NCBI GenBank assembly: GCA_015493225.1
Contig: WGDO01000031.1
Span: 1,355 to 65,354 of the forward strand
Source: Patescibacteria group bacterium
Lineage (GTDB): Bacteria > Patescibacteriota > Minisyncoccia > Moranbacterales > DUUL01
Direction of reading: 5' to 3'
DNA length: 64,000 nt
The notes beneath the pieces were generated by a model that did no database searches, was not told where the DNA came from, and was given only the letters and a program-made list of their open reading frames with translations. Position numbers and translations under genes: made by a program. How positions within the stretch are numbered: the stretch's first letter is position 1; each line of letters starts with the position of its first letter. Positions 27,980-37,307 of this stretch are shown piece by piece.

Positions 27980-29077
27980 TTATACAGAAGTTTTTAATTT
28001 TTTATCTCTTTGATGTCTGGAAATTGCTAATTGAATTAATTTATCTAGTAACTTAGAGTAAGAAAGTCCACTTTTTTCCCATAATTTTGGGTACATACTA
28101 ATAGGAGTAAACCCGGGAATGGTATTGATTTCATTTACAAATATTTTATTATCTGCTGTGAGAAAAAAATCGACCCTACCCATACCTTCACAACAAAGTG
28201 TTTTAAATGATTTTATGGCTAACTCTTGAATTTTTTTAGTAGTAGTTTTTGAGATATTTGCTGGTATGGCCATTTCTGCCCCATTTTCATCAAGATATTT
28301 TGCGTCATATGAATAAAAATCTTGTGTAGGAATTATCTCTCCAAGGATAGAGGCAGTTGGATTTTCGTTACCTAATACTGCACATTCAATTTCTTTTCCC
28401 TCAATACCTTCTTCGATAATAACTTTATTGTCATATAGGAAAGCCTCCTGGATTGCTTTTTCAAAATCTTTGTTTTTGTTCACCTTACTAATGCCTACTG
28501 ATGAGCCTAGATTTGCTGGTTTTACAAAGAATGGTAGACCTAATAATTTTTTGAGATTATCAAAAGATATATTTTTTTTATTATCTTTTCGATAAGTTGC
28601 AAACTTGACAATTGGAATACCCGCCTCCTTTAGTAGTTTTTTAGAGATATCTTTGTCCATATTGATTGCAGAACTTAAAATGCTGGGACCGACAAAGGGG
28701 ACATCCAACATTTTTAAAAGACCTTGGATTGTTCCATCTTCTCCAAATGGGCCATGTAAAATTGGAAAAACTACATTGACTTCTTTTTTCCCTATTCCTA
28801 TTTCTTGTAAAAAGTTACTATTTTTTTGATGAGTAATTTTTTGTGCGTGGGCTTTGTCTTTAGGAGCTTTTTGTTCTAACAGTAGATTGCCACTTAGTAA
28901 TGCTTCTTTGTCAATATTTAACCAATCTCCTTTCTTGCTAATACCAATAAGAGAAATATTATATTTATCTTTGTCAATTGCCTCTACGATGCTTTTGGCT
29001 GAAAGAATTGATACTTCATGTTCGGCAGATTTCCCTCCAAAAATAATAGTTAAATTTATTTTTTTATTTTTAGGCAT
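27980..29077 (-). CDS. ddl: D-alanine--D-alanine ligase.
   Basis: The ATP-grasp motifs 'IFGGKSAEHEVS' and 'HGPFGEDGTIQGLL'. Confidence 0.9.
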   Translation of the reverse strand: MPKNKKINLTIIFGGKSAEHEVSILSAKSIVEAIDKDKYNISLIGISKKGDWLNIDKEALLSGNLLLEQKAPKDKAHAQKITHQKNSNFLQEIGIGKKEVNVVFPILHGPFGEDGTIQGLLKMLDVPFVGPSILSSAINMDKDISKKLLKEAGIPIVKFATYRKDNKKNISFDNLKKLLGLPFFVKPANLGSSVGISKVNKNKDFEKAIQEAFLYDNKVIIEEGIEGKEIECAVLGNENPTASILGEIIPTQDFYSYDAKYLDENGAEMAIPANISKTTTKKIQELAIKSFKTLCCEGMGRVDFFLTADNKIFVNEINTIPGFTPISMYPKLWEKSGLSYSKLLDKLIQLAISRHQRDKKLKTSV

Positions 29078-29197
29078 ATTGTTTGAATATTAATTAAATA
29101 TTTTTTGCTGACGCCAGTGATGGAGGCGACGGAATCGGTGCTTTAAAGCATGAAAGGGATTAATTAACGGAAAAGGCTTTTTGATATTTGGTAAATT

Positions 29198-29273
29198 TGG
29201 TGCTCTCGGTAGGAGTTGAACCTACGACCTTTCGGACCGCAACCGAACGCTCTATCCACTGAGCTACGAGAGC
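29198..29273 (-). tRNA. tRNA-Arg (anticodon GCG as read), with encoded CCA.
   Basis: Manually folded cloverleaf: acceptor GCTCTCG/CGAGAGC, U8 A9, D-arm GCTC-AGTGGATA-GAGC, anticodon stem TTCGG/CCGAA with loop TTGCGGT, T-arm GTAGG-TTCAACT-CCTAC, discriminator A, then CCA. Confidence 0.8.
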
Positions 29274-29540
29274 AAATTATTTTTTACAACTTTTTCCCAC
29301 CTCACTTTCACTAAGCGGAGTTTATCCTCCGGAGCAACTGCGAAGGAGGAAGAGCAAGTAATTAATTTCCAAGATACAAATTACAAGATACAAACAAATC
29401 CCAAACCCCAATAATCAATGTTTGAAACTGTGGTTGTTCTGCGAAGCCGTTTAGGCGAAGTGGGGAAACTGCAAACTAGCAATAAACTAAGCCTAGCAAA
29501 AATTATGGGGCTAGTCAATAATTTAAAATTTCTTAAAACT

Positions 29541-29665
29541 CTCCTCATCCCCCTTTTCGCGAAAGGGTGGGATGACCCTCTTTACCCCACTTCGCTATCC
29601 CACTTCGCCTTCGGCTACGAGGGATAAAAAGCTTTGCTGGGCAGGCGCCGGGGGTGTGAGAAGTA
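29541..29665. repeat. G/C-rich palindromic module cluster (intergenic copy).
   Basis: 'catcccccttttcgcgaaagggtgggatgaccctctttaccccacttcgctatcccacttcgccttcggctacgagggataaaaag'. The 69-aa ORF 29418-29627 consists of repeat sequence and is probably spurious. Confidence 0.7.
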
Positions 29666-29676
29666 GAAGTGCTTTG

Positions 29677-30159
29677 TCAAACGATGTTTTCTAAAAAATC
29701 CAAGATGGATTCTTTGTGGGGTTGTTCGGGAAGATATTTTGTAAGATTTTTTCTTATTTTATTGGGATTGGCTTTGCCAATGGGAATATGGATGTAGGGG
29801 GTGAGGCGATTAGTGGTTCTTAGGGATATTTCTTTTCGTCCAGCTGGTCCCGGTTCATAAAAAATCCAAAAGTGTTTAATATCAATAAATTCATAAAAAC
29901 GATCGTGGGCGATTATTCCAGTTTGGCAAATGGCAAAATGGTATTCTTCAGGATCTTTTTTTTCAAAAAGATATATTAAAATACCAGTTAGAATTGTTAT
30001 AATACTAAGGAGGAAATTATTGGTAAATAGGCTATAGGCGAGTAAAATTACTAAAAGTATAAAAACAATTATAGACCACCAGGGATGGCGTTCAAAATTT
30101 TCAAATTTATGGGCAGACCAGGTCAGAAGATAGGGATTTTTGTTTTTTGTTTTTCTCAT
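29677..30159 (-). CDS. Hypothetical membrane protein.
   Basis: 160 aa with two central TM helices. Confidence 0.4.
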   Translation of the reverse strand: MRKTKNKNPYLLTWSAHKFENFERHPWWSIIVFILLVILLAYSLFTNNFLLSIITILTGILIYLFEKKDPEEYHFAICQTGIIAHDRFYEFIDIKHFWIFYEPGPAGRKEISLRTTNRLTPYIHIPIGKANPNKIRKNLTKYLPEQPHKESILDFLENIV

Positions 30160-30208
30160 AGACTATTTTTAGATATATTTTCTTTTATTCTATCATTTTT
30201 TAAGCATA

Positions 30209-30236
30209 TTGACAAATTATGTAAATATGTTATAAT
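30209..30236 (+). promoter_or_regulatory. Sigma-70-type promoter (TTGACA-16 nt-TATAAT) for cspA, with a ~120-nt 5'UTR.
   Basis: Exact consensus hexamers: ttgaca at 30209-30214 and tataat at 30231-30236. A long 5'UTR is typical of cold-shock mRNAs. Confidence 0.6.
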
Positions 30237-30358
30237 GATGTAGTCAGAAATAGAATTATCAAAGAAGAGCATAGTCGAGTTTTATCAAGTATAATTTTGT
30301 TTTTGAAGCGTAGGGTTAGTAATAACCATGCAATAAGTAAATAAAATATTTCCAACAG

Positions 30359-30559
30359 ATGAAAACAGGAAAAATTTCTCGTCTTACAGATAGAGGATTT
30401 GGTTTTATATCTCAAGAAGGTGAAGAGAAAGATTTATTCTTTCATGCCACTGAATTGGTTGATGTAGAATACAATGACCTACAAGAAGGTGATGAGGTAA
30501 CATTTGAAGTTGCTGAAGGTCCTAAGGGATTGAACGCAGTTAAAGTAAGCCGAGCCTAA
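30359..30559 (+). CDS. cspA: Cold-shock protein (CspA family).
   Basis: RNP1-like 'KGFGFI' is present; the gene product starts 'TGKISRLTDRGFGFISQEGEEKDLFFHATEL'. Confidence 0.9.
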   Translation: MKTGKISRLTDRGFGFISQEGEEKDLFFHATELVDVEYNDLQEGDEVTFEVAEGPKGLNAVKVSRA

Positions 30560-30574
30560 TCTTTTTAGACAACG

Positions 30575-30607
30575 GACAGCCCCAATGATTTGGGGCTGTT
30601 TTTTTGT
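30575..30607 (+). terminator. Rho-independent terminator of cspA.
   Basis: Hairpin 'acagccccaa-tgat-ttggggctgt' followed by TTTTTTT. Confidence 0.75.
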
Positions 30608-30702
30608 GTTCCTGCAAATTTACAAATCTGCTACAAATCTACAAATGTACAAATATTAAATTATAACATTTAAAACTTAGAACTTAAAATTAGGGAACTA
30701 AA

Positions 30703-30840
30703 TCCACCTCTAAACCCTCCTTTATCCCACTACGCTATCCCACTTCGCTGAAGCTACGAGGGACAAGAGGCTACGAGGAACAGGTATCAGGAGGGGGAAT
30801 TAAGGAAATCCACTTCTACCCCCTTCTTTTACAAAGTAGA
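30703..30840. repeat. G/C-rich module cluster (intergenic copy).
   Basis: 'ccctcctttatcccactacgctatcccacttcgctgaagctacgagggacaagaggctacgaggaacagg...' shares blocks with 16222-16316 and 29541-29665. Confidence 0.65.
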
Positions 30841-30994
30841 GAAACCAAGGAAATTAATTTTTAAATCTTGCCATTGATTTGACATATAAGTTAGATTTGT
30901 TAGAATAAACGTAATCAAGAATATTATTAATATTCTGGATGGACATTAATAATTAAATTATAGACTTTCAAAGGTCTAATTTCTAGAAAGAGAG

Positions 30995-31777
30995 GTGAAA
31001 AGTATGGAAGAAGAAAAAACAGAAATCCAAGAGGATTTAGGTAATGGAGGGAAATTTAAGAATTGGTTACAAGATAATATTCGTATTATCTTATCTATCC
31101 TGATTGTGGCAACTATTGCGGCTGGAATATATTCATATTCTAAAAGAACAGTAGTGCCGGCAACGGGAGATAATAATGCGAAAGTTGAGGTAGCTAAGGT
31201 TGATGACTCTAAGGATAAAAATACTGAAGAAAATAATTCAGTGGTGGTTGTTGGAGAAGATAAGGCAGATAATAAAACAGAAAAAGTTGATAATAAGGAT
31301 ACAGAAAAACTTTCTGTAAACCAAGAGACTGAGTCTCAAGACAAAAAGGCTGAAGAAAAGAAAACTGAAGAAAAGAAAGAGGAAGTCAAGCAACCGGCTG
31401 TTGAGCAAAAGCAAGACAATCAGCCAGAGAAGGCTGAGCAACAAAACGAGAAGCAAGAAAAGGTTGCTTCTGGAGAAGAAACAAATGATGCTTTTGTGGA
31501 AACAGCTCAAAAAGGTGATAGTTTAACTCTCTTGGCACGTCAAGCGGTTAAACAATACCTTGAGAAAAATCCAGTTGATGGATTGACTAAGGAACATAAG
31601 ATTTATATTGAGGATTATCTTCGAAAGCATGTGGGACGTTCAGCGGGAATTAATCCAGGAGAACAAGTTAGTTTTTCAAAGGATTTAATAAAAACTGCTG
31701 TGAGTTCTGCTCAGAATTTGAATGCTAGTCAACTTAAAAATCTACAGAAATATTCTGCCAGAGTTAGCAATCTCTAA
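30995..31777 (+). CDS. Hypothetical membrane-anchored low-complexity (K/E/D-rich) protein.
   Basis: Single TM helix (IRIILSILIVATIAAGIY) followed by an acidic/basic repeat region. Confidence 0.4.
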   Translation: MKSMEEEKTEIQEDLGNGGKFKNWLQDNIRIILSILIVATIAAGIYSYSKRTVVPATGDNNAKVEVAKVDDSKDKNTEENNSVVVVGEDKADNKTEKVDNKDTEKLSVNQETESQDKKAEEKKTEEKKEEVKQPAVEQKQDNQPEKAEQQNEKQEKVASGEETNDAFVETAQKGDSLTLLARQAVKQYLEKNPVDGLTKEHKIYIEDYLRKHVGRSAGINPGEQVSFSKDLIKTAVSSAQNLNASQLKNLQKYSARVSNL

Positions 31778-31867
31778 ACCTTGATTAATTGAGAAGTAGA
31801 GAAATAAATAATATCGAAAATAAAATTAATGTCTAGATCTTTTTAATAAGGATTTTATATCCACAAT

Positions 31868-31897
31868 GAAACCCCGGCAACGACCGGGGTTTTGTTG
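31868..31897 (+). terminator. Rho-independent terminator.
   Basis: Hairpin 'aaccccgg-caacga-ccggggtt' followed by ttttgttgt. Confidence 0.6.
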
Positions 31898-31942
31898 TAT
31901 ATGATATATTCTCGTTGGTGTTGTTAGCTTTTCAAAATTTAC

Positions 31943-32058
31943 GGCCCCTACGAAAATACGAATCAATTACAAATCTACGAATTACTCACTGCGTTCGCTA
32001 TATGACGTCTAATAAACTGTGAGCAATGTTTGGAATTTGTATCTTGTATCTTGTTATG
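31943..32058. repeat. 'tacgaattactcactgcgttcgctat' core element, copy 2.
   Basis: 'ggcccctacgaaaatacgaatcaattacaaatctacgaattactcactgcgttcgctatatgacg' is followed by the reverse-orientation 'tttgtatcttgtatcttg' microsatellite. Confidence 0.7.
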
Positions 32059-32155
32059 GATTATAATTAAGTGATTGACTAGGGTTGGTTTATTGAGTAG
32101 TATATAAATAAGTGTTTAATGCTTGTAAATTAAAAGTAATTAAAAATATAAACTT

Positions 32156-34009
32156 ATGCTAAAAGATAAGGTAGAAAAAATTATTAGGGAAGTTTTGGGG
32201 AAGATGGGGGTGGAGTATGATGGGGAGATAGAATTGTCTGCTCCGCCGAAGGTGGAGATGGGTGATTTTGCGTTTGGGTGTTTTCCTTTGGCGGGAATTT
32301 TGCAGAAATCTCCCAATGAGGTGGCGGAGAAATTAGTGGAGGAGATTAATGGTTTAATCAGTGATAATAGTGAGGTAAGTGATTTGATTGAGAGTGCGGA
32401 AGCGATGGGACCGTATGTTAATTTTAAATTGAAAAGGGGAATGTTGTTTAATGATGTTTATGAAAGTATTATTGATGATGGTAAAAACAAAAGGAAAACA
32501 GAAAAACCCCCTCAGTCCCCCTTTACAAAGGGGGAAGATGGTAAGGATACAGAAAAACCCCCTCAGTCCCCCTTCAAAAAGGGGGAGGATAATAAGAAAA
32601 AAGTAATGGTGGAATATTTGTCCCCTAATACTAATAAACCATTGCACTTGGGGCATTTAAGAAATGGAACCTTGGGAATGGCAGTAGCTAACATTTTAGA
32701 GGCGGGGGAAAATAAGGTTATAAAGGCAAATTTAATTAATGATAGGGGGGTACATATTTGTAAAAGTATGTTGGCCTGGAAATTATTTGGAGAAGGAGAA
32801 ACGCCAGAAACAACTGGATTAAAAGGAGACCATTTTGTTGGTAAATATTATGTTAAGTTTGCCGAGGAGGCAGAAAAAAATCCAGAATTAGAAGAACAGG
32901 CCCAGGGAATGTTACAAAAATGGGAAGAAGGAGATAAAGAGGTGAGGAAATTATGGGAAATGATGAATAAATGGGTGTTTGATGGATTTAACAGTAGTTT
33001 TGAAGCTTTTGGTTTTGATTTTGATGTAATTTATAGAGAATCGGAAACTTATAAGTTAGGAAAAGACATTGTTAAAAATGGATTAGAAAAAGGAATTTTT
33101 AAAAAAGAGAAAAATGGGGCAGTTGTTTTTGTTTTGCCGGATAGTTTCGGCTTAGATGAGGATGGAAATAATAAAAAGATTACGGTTTTAAGGAAAGATG
33201 GAACGAGTGTTTATATTACGCAGGATTTGGGAACAGCCGTGTTAAAGGCGGAGGAATATAATTTAGACCAGTCTATTTATGTGGTTGGTTCTGAGCAAGA
33301 ATATTATTTTAAGTCGTTGTTTGAAATTTTAAAAGCTCTTGGTTATCCTTGGGCGAAAAATAGTTACCATCTTTCCTATGGAATGGTTTATTTGCCGGAT
33401 GGTAAAATGAAATCTAGGGAGGGTAAGGTTGTGGATGCCGATGATTTGGTGATTAAGGTTAAAAAAATGGCTAAGGATGGTATTAGAGAGCGTCAGGGGG
33501 ACAAAAAAATTGATGAGACTGAGTTAGAAGAGAGGGCATTGAAAGTTGCTTTGGGGGCGATTAAATTTTATTTATTAAAAGTCGGTCCGACTCAAATTAT
33601 TCATTTTGATCCAGAAGAATCTTTGTCTTTTGAGGGTTTTACGGGTCCTTATTGTCAATATGCCTATGCTCGAGGCTCAAAATTATTAAGGGATGCTGAG
33701 GTTGAGCAGGAGAAAAAAATGAAAGTTGATTTTTCGGTATTGGGGTCTAAAGAGGAATTGCAATTGATTCAGAAAATTTTGGAGGGTGATGATAAAATAG
33801 AAATGGCTGGGGAGAAATTTAATCCTTCTTTGATAGCAGTGCATATTTTTGAGCTAGCAAAAACTTTTAATCAATTTTATCACGGGGAAACTATTTTAAA
33901 AGCGGAGAATAATGTGAAGTTGGCTCGTTTGGCGTTGGTACAAATCTTTTTACAGACAATTAAAAAAGAGTTGGGGTTGTTGGGGATTGAGGTGTTGGAG
34001 GAGATGTAA
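32156..34009 (+). CDS. argS: Arginyl-tRNA synthetase containing a tandem in-frame repeat insertion.
   Basis: 'PNTNKPLHLGHLRN' (HIGH region) and a DALR anticodon-binding C-terminus. The insert 'KTEKPPQSPFTKGEDGKDTEKPPQSPFKKGED' is encoded by two tandem copies of a palindromic module. Confidence 0.9.
   Translation: MLKDKVEKIIREVLGKMGVEYDGEIELSAPPKVEMGDFAFGCFPLAGILQKSPNEVAEKLVEEINGLISDNSEVSDLIESAEAMGPYVNFKLKRGMLFNDVYESIIDDGKNKRKTEKPPQSPFTKGEDGKDTEKPPQSPFKKGEDNKKKVMVEYLSPNTNKPLHLGHLRNGTLGMAVANILEAGENKVIKANLINDRGVHICKSMLAWKLFGEGETPETTGLKGDHFVGKYYVKFAEEAEKNPELEEQAQGMLQKWEEGDKEVRKLWEMMNKWVFDGFNSSFEAFGFDFDVIYRESETYKLGKDIVKNGLEKGIFKKEKNGAVVFVLPDSFGLDEDGNNKKITVLRKDGTSVYITQDLGTAVLKAEEYNLDQSIYVVGSEQEYYFKSLFEILKALGYPWAKNSYHLSYGMVYLPDGKMKSREGKVVDADDLVIKVKKMAKDGIRERQGDKKIDETELEERALKVALGAIKFYLLKVGPTQIIHFDPEESLSFEGFTGPYCQYAYARGSKLLRDAEVEQEKKMKVDFSVLGSKEELQLIQKILEGDDKIEMAGEKFNPSLIAVHIFELAKTFNQFYHGETILKAENNVKLARLALVQIFLQTIKKELGLLGIEVLEEM
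32500..32590. repeat. Tandem 'gaaaaaccccctcagtccccctt(t/c)a(c/a)aaaggggga' palindromic module, x2, in frame inside argS.
   Basis: Read directly. Related intergenic copies are at 35828-35866, 43640-43678, 54676-54713 and 62154-62195. Confidence 0.8.
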
Positions 34010-34136
34010 AGCCTAGGGCAATTTTAAATTTTAAATATTACTTCTAAATGGAAGATAAGAATTTTGAATTAAAAATGGTTATGTATAAATGTTAAGTATT
34101 GAGTATAAGTATTAACAAAGATAACAAATAAAAAAT

Positions 34137-35019
34137 ATGGGATTTAATTTGCCTGAAATAAAAAAGAATAATTCTGAAATCGCAGAGAAAGATGTGGAGT
34201 TAAAAGAGCTCTATAAGCAGACGACAGTATATATTAATGCTGGAGGCAGGGGAACTAGATTAGAGCCAGTTGTTCAAAAAGGTGACCATGGTGTTACAAA
34301 AGCCCTTTTGCGATTTGATGGGGAAACTTTGATTGAAAAACATATAAAACTGTTATCCAATTTTGATTTTGGGAGAATAATTGTGGGGGGGGGGCGATCA
34401 TTTAAATCTTACACAATATTTACAGCAACAAGATTTAGAGAATGTTATTATTGATAATACAGAAAAACAGGAGGATACGGGAGGTGATTTGATTAAGGCA
34501 ATTCGTAAACATAATTGTGGGAAAAATATTTTAGTGGAAAATGTTGATACAATTTTATTAGTAGACAATTTTGATAGATTATTAAAACAACATAACAAAA
34601 CTAATGCTTTAGGAACTATCGTATTAACCACTAAAAAAGGTGTGCCAAATGAAGGGGCTTTTTATGTTAATGAGAATGGCAAGGTGATTTTTAGTAGCGA
34701 GGCACGAAATCAATCATCTGCAGAAGAGCCAAGTAATTGGACTGGATTTCGTGGTAGTAGTACGGGGGCAATTATTTTTTCTACTGATTTTTTAAAACAG
34801 TATAATTGGAAAGCTGGTGATGGTAAATTATCAATTTATAAAGATTTAGTTCCAGAATTAATAGAGATGGGTGGGTTGTATGCGTATGATAATGAAAATA
34901 ATTTCTTTATGGATGTTGGGACACCTGATAAATATAAACAAATTAAAAGGCACCCAAAAATTTTTGGGGCAGTTGGTGCCAGATATTTAAAAAATAAAAA
35001 TAATTATTATGGCAAATAA
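34137..35019 (+). pseudogene. Nucleotidyltransferase (sugar-phosphate NTP-transferase fold) gene split by a +1 frameshift at a G10 homopolymer. It may be phase-variable, or the extra G may be a sequencing error.
   Basis: The upstream ORF (34137-34454) carries the 'INAGGRGTRLEPV' NTP-transferase G-loop. The G run at 34385-34394 has 10 G. Removing one G fuses it in frame to ORF 34381-35019, giving ...IIVGGGDHLNLTQY... Confidence 0.6.
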
Positions 35020-35605
35020 AAAAAATGAAATCAAGCCATGGGAAGAGGTTTCTAGGGAAGTGATGTTTGAGAAATTTGGGAGGGGAATTGAGAAAGTTCT
35101 TTTTCGGCAGAGTGATGGTGAGGAGTATGATGTGTATGTAAAAAAGGAGGCGGTGTCTGTGGCGGTGGTAGCCTTAACAAAAGATAGGCAAGTTATTTTA
35201 ACCAGGCAATTTCGTCCCGGTCCAAAAAAGGTCTTGTATGAATTGCCCGGTGGTGGCTTGATAAAGGGAAAATCTTTACAAGAATCAATGGAACAGGAAT
35301 TATTAGAAGAAACGGGCTATCAAGGTAAGATGAAATTTGTAACCAGTTTAGTTGATTGCGGATATTCTACGAGAGTAAAAAATTGTTTTGTGGCGACGGA
35401 TTGTGAAAAAGTAGAAGATATTGCCGGAGATTTACACGATGATGATGGTGATGCACGAGGATTTAAAGAAGAGATTGAGGTGGAATTAGTTTCTTTAAAA
35501 GAATTTAGAGAATTATTAAGAGGTGGACAGAATAGTGATATCGAGATTGGGTATTTGGGGTTGGATTATTTGGGGTTGTTGGGAGGGGATAGCAGTGATA
35601 AATAA
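35009..35605 (+). CDS. NUDIX hydrolase.
   Basis: Nudix box 'GGGLIKGKSLQESMEQELLEETGY'. The start overlaps the upstream stop (ATGGCAAATAA). Confidence 0.8.
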   Translation: MANKKNEIKPWEEVSREVMFEKFGRGIEKVLFRQSDGEEYDVYVKKEAVSVAVVALTKDRQVILTRQFRPGPKKVLYELPGGGLIKGKSLQESMEQELLEETGYQGKMKFVTSLVDCGYSTRVKNCFVATDCEKVEDIAGDLHDDDGDARGFKEEIEVELVSLKEFRELLRGGQNSDIEIGYLGLDYLGLLGGDSSDK

Positions 35606-35896
35606 TAAATAGGCGGATTGCAAAGTTTGTAGGGTTTATAAAGTTTATAAAGAAAGCTGGAAATAAATTTTAATTTGTAATTTGTAAATTTTAATTCAAA
35701 ATAAAATTTTTAATATTTAATTTTAAAATTATCAAATATTTTAGTTGGATGTTTGTTTTAATTATTTAAAATTAGATATTTAGCTTTGAATTAAAATTTA
35801 AAACTTAAAATTTAAAATTTTTAGAAATCCCCCCTTACCCCCCCTTTAAAAAGGGGGAAGAACCGTAAACAACGCCGAAATATCCAATGGTCCAGT

Positions 35897-37123
35897 TTAA
35901 AGGTTTTTATTCAAAGCAGTGAGGAAATCTTTTTCGGCTTTGATGAGATTTTTGTTTTTGAATTTTATTTTGAGAATATTATTGGATGGCTTGATGTTGT
36001 ATTCTTCGGCGATGGCGTTGAGAGCGCGGGAGTTATCAATGCTAAAATATCCGGATGTATTTTCTGAGTCCTGACTATAAAAAATTCCAAAAATTCTACC
36101 TTTGGTGTAGTTTTTTTGTAATTCTTCCAGAACACTTGGAACCATATTTTGGTCAGCACGGGATTTTAGAAAATCTTCAGTGGAAAGGAGTGACCAAATA
36201 AACTTACGAGAATCATCCCAGTTTAAGCGAGCCATAGCTCGACCCCATAGTTTTAGGAAGGAAAGGGGTTTGGTTTTATAAAGATGACGGATAATTTCTG
36301 ATTGATCAGCTTTGGCCTTTATTAGTTTGGAAGCCAGAATCATTGTTTGGGGAGTAGTATTTGGTTTTTGGAAGCTGTTGGTAGCGGAAATAATGCCGGT
36401 TAGGAGGGCTTGGACGTTTTCTTTGTTGATGTCATTTGGGTATTGTTCAAAAAATAATTCACCAATAATTTCGGTGGTGGAGGCGGCGGTGAGGTCTACT
36501 AAATTAACTTGCCCATAGTCATCATTTTCGCTGTCGTTGTTTATGTTTACTTTGGGGATTTCAAAAAAGAGGTCAGTATTTTTTTGATAAATTTCGCCGA
36601 GGGTTTCCAGGGTAGGAGCGCCGATAATAATTACTAAATCATATTTGAAATCAGCGGGAGCCAGAGAGAAGTCTCGAGGGTCAATGGTTCCTTTTTCTGG
36701 AGTAAGGCGAATAATGGTTTCATCTTCTTTTTTATCGGTGGCGATATTTATTATTTTGTTGTATTTAGTATTGAAAATTAAAAGAAAATCTCTGGTACCG
36801 TCTAGGTCTGAGATAAAATCTTCTTTTTTTGGTTGAGTTAGAAAAGAGAGGGAACCATTATTATTTTGAAAGGAGTTATTCAAAAGTGTAACTTCTTTTT
36901 TTTGATTTTTGAGAAAATTGTAAAAAACTATACTGCTGGCAATTAGGTCGTGATTTGGTGCTGGGGGAGTGACTAAAAGAATGTTGTTGGAATTTTCTAG
37001 TAATTTGTGAAATTTTTTGAAATTTGTATTCATTTTATTTTTTGATGATTTAATAATGATTTTATTTTTTGCTATTTTTTGAGACAATTTTTTAGTTAGT
37101 TTTTTATTATAACAGAGATACAA
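35897..37123 (-). CDS. DHH/DHHA1-superfamily-like protein (NrnA-like) with degenerate catalytic motifs.
   Basis: 'ILLVTPPAPNHDLIASSIVF' resembles the HxNPDGDAIGS region, and 'LLTGIISATNSFQ' resembles the GIxTDTxxF region. The canonical DHH is not conserved. Confidence 0.35.
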   Translation of the reverse strand: MYLCYNKKLTKKLSQKIAKNKIIIKSSKNKMNTNFKKFHKLLENSNNILLVTPPAPNHDLIASSIVFYNFLKNQKKEVTLLNNSFQNNNGSLSFLTQPKKEDFISDLDGTRDFLLIFNTKYNKIINIATDKKEDETIIRLTPEKGTIDPRDFSLAPADFKYDLVIIIGAPTLETLGEIYQKNTDLFFEIPKVNINNDSENDDYGQVNLVDLTAASTTEIIGELFFEQYPNDINKENVQALLTGIISATNSFQKPNTTPQTMILASKLIKAKADQSEIIRHLYKTKPLSFLKLWGRAMARLNWDDSRKFIWSLLSTEDFLKSRADQNMVPSVLEELQKNYTKGRIFGIFYSQDSENTSGYFSIDNSRALNAIAEEYNIKPSNNILKIKFKNKNLIKAEKDFLTALNKNL

Positions 37124-37307
37124 AAAAATGCAAAATTTTGATTGTTTTTATTTTGGTTTTTTGGGAAAGTGTAGTATAATTGTTAGTAGATGGGAACTAG
37201 TTTTAAATTTTAAATTTTAAATTTTAATTCAATTTTGAATTTTTAATTTTAAATTTTGAATTTCATGGGAGCTATAAGGCTATAGTTATTAACAATAATA
37301 TAAAATA

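Noticed and set aside
29418-29627. 69-aa ORF 29418-29627 and 90-aa ORF 55096-55368 as genes
   Set aside because: Both consist largely of the G/C palindromic repeat modules (29541-29665; 55125-55185 and 55255-55295) and lack start context, so they are repeat DNA rather than genes. The nested ORFs at 20286-20480, 20888-21329, 31238-31510, 32354-32656 and 62984-63373 are likewise translations of repeat or low-complexity tracts.
15491-34009. Inteins or group I/II introns as the explanation for the extra segments in tatD, argS, metG and truB
   Set aside because: The inserts are only 10-45 aa, lack intein splicing motifs (no N-terminal Cys/Ser with C-terminal HN plus Cys/Ser/Thr blocks) and lack intron RNA domains. 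Their DNA matches intergenic repeat families instead.
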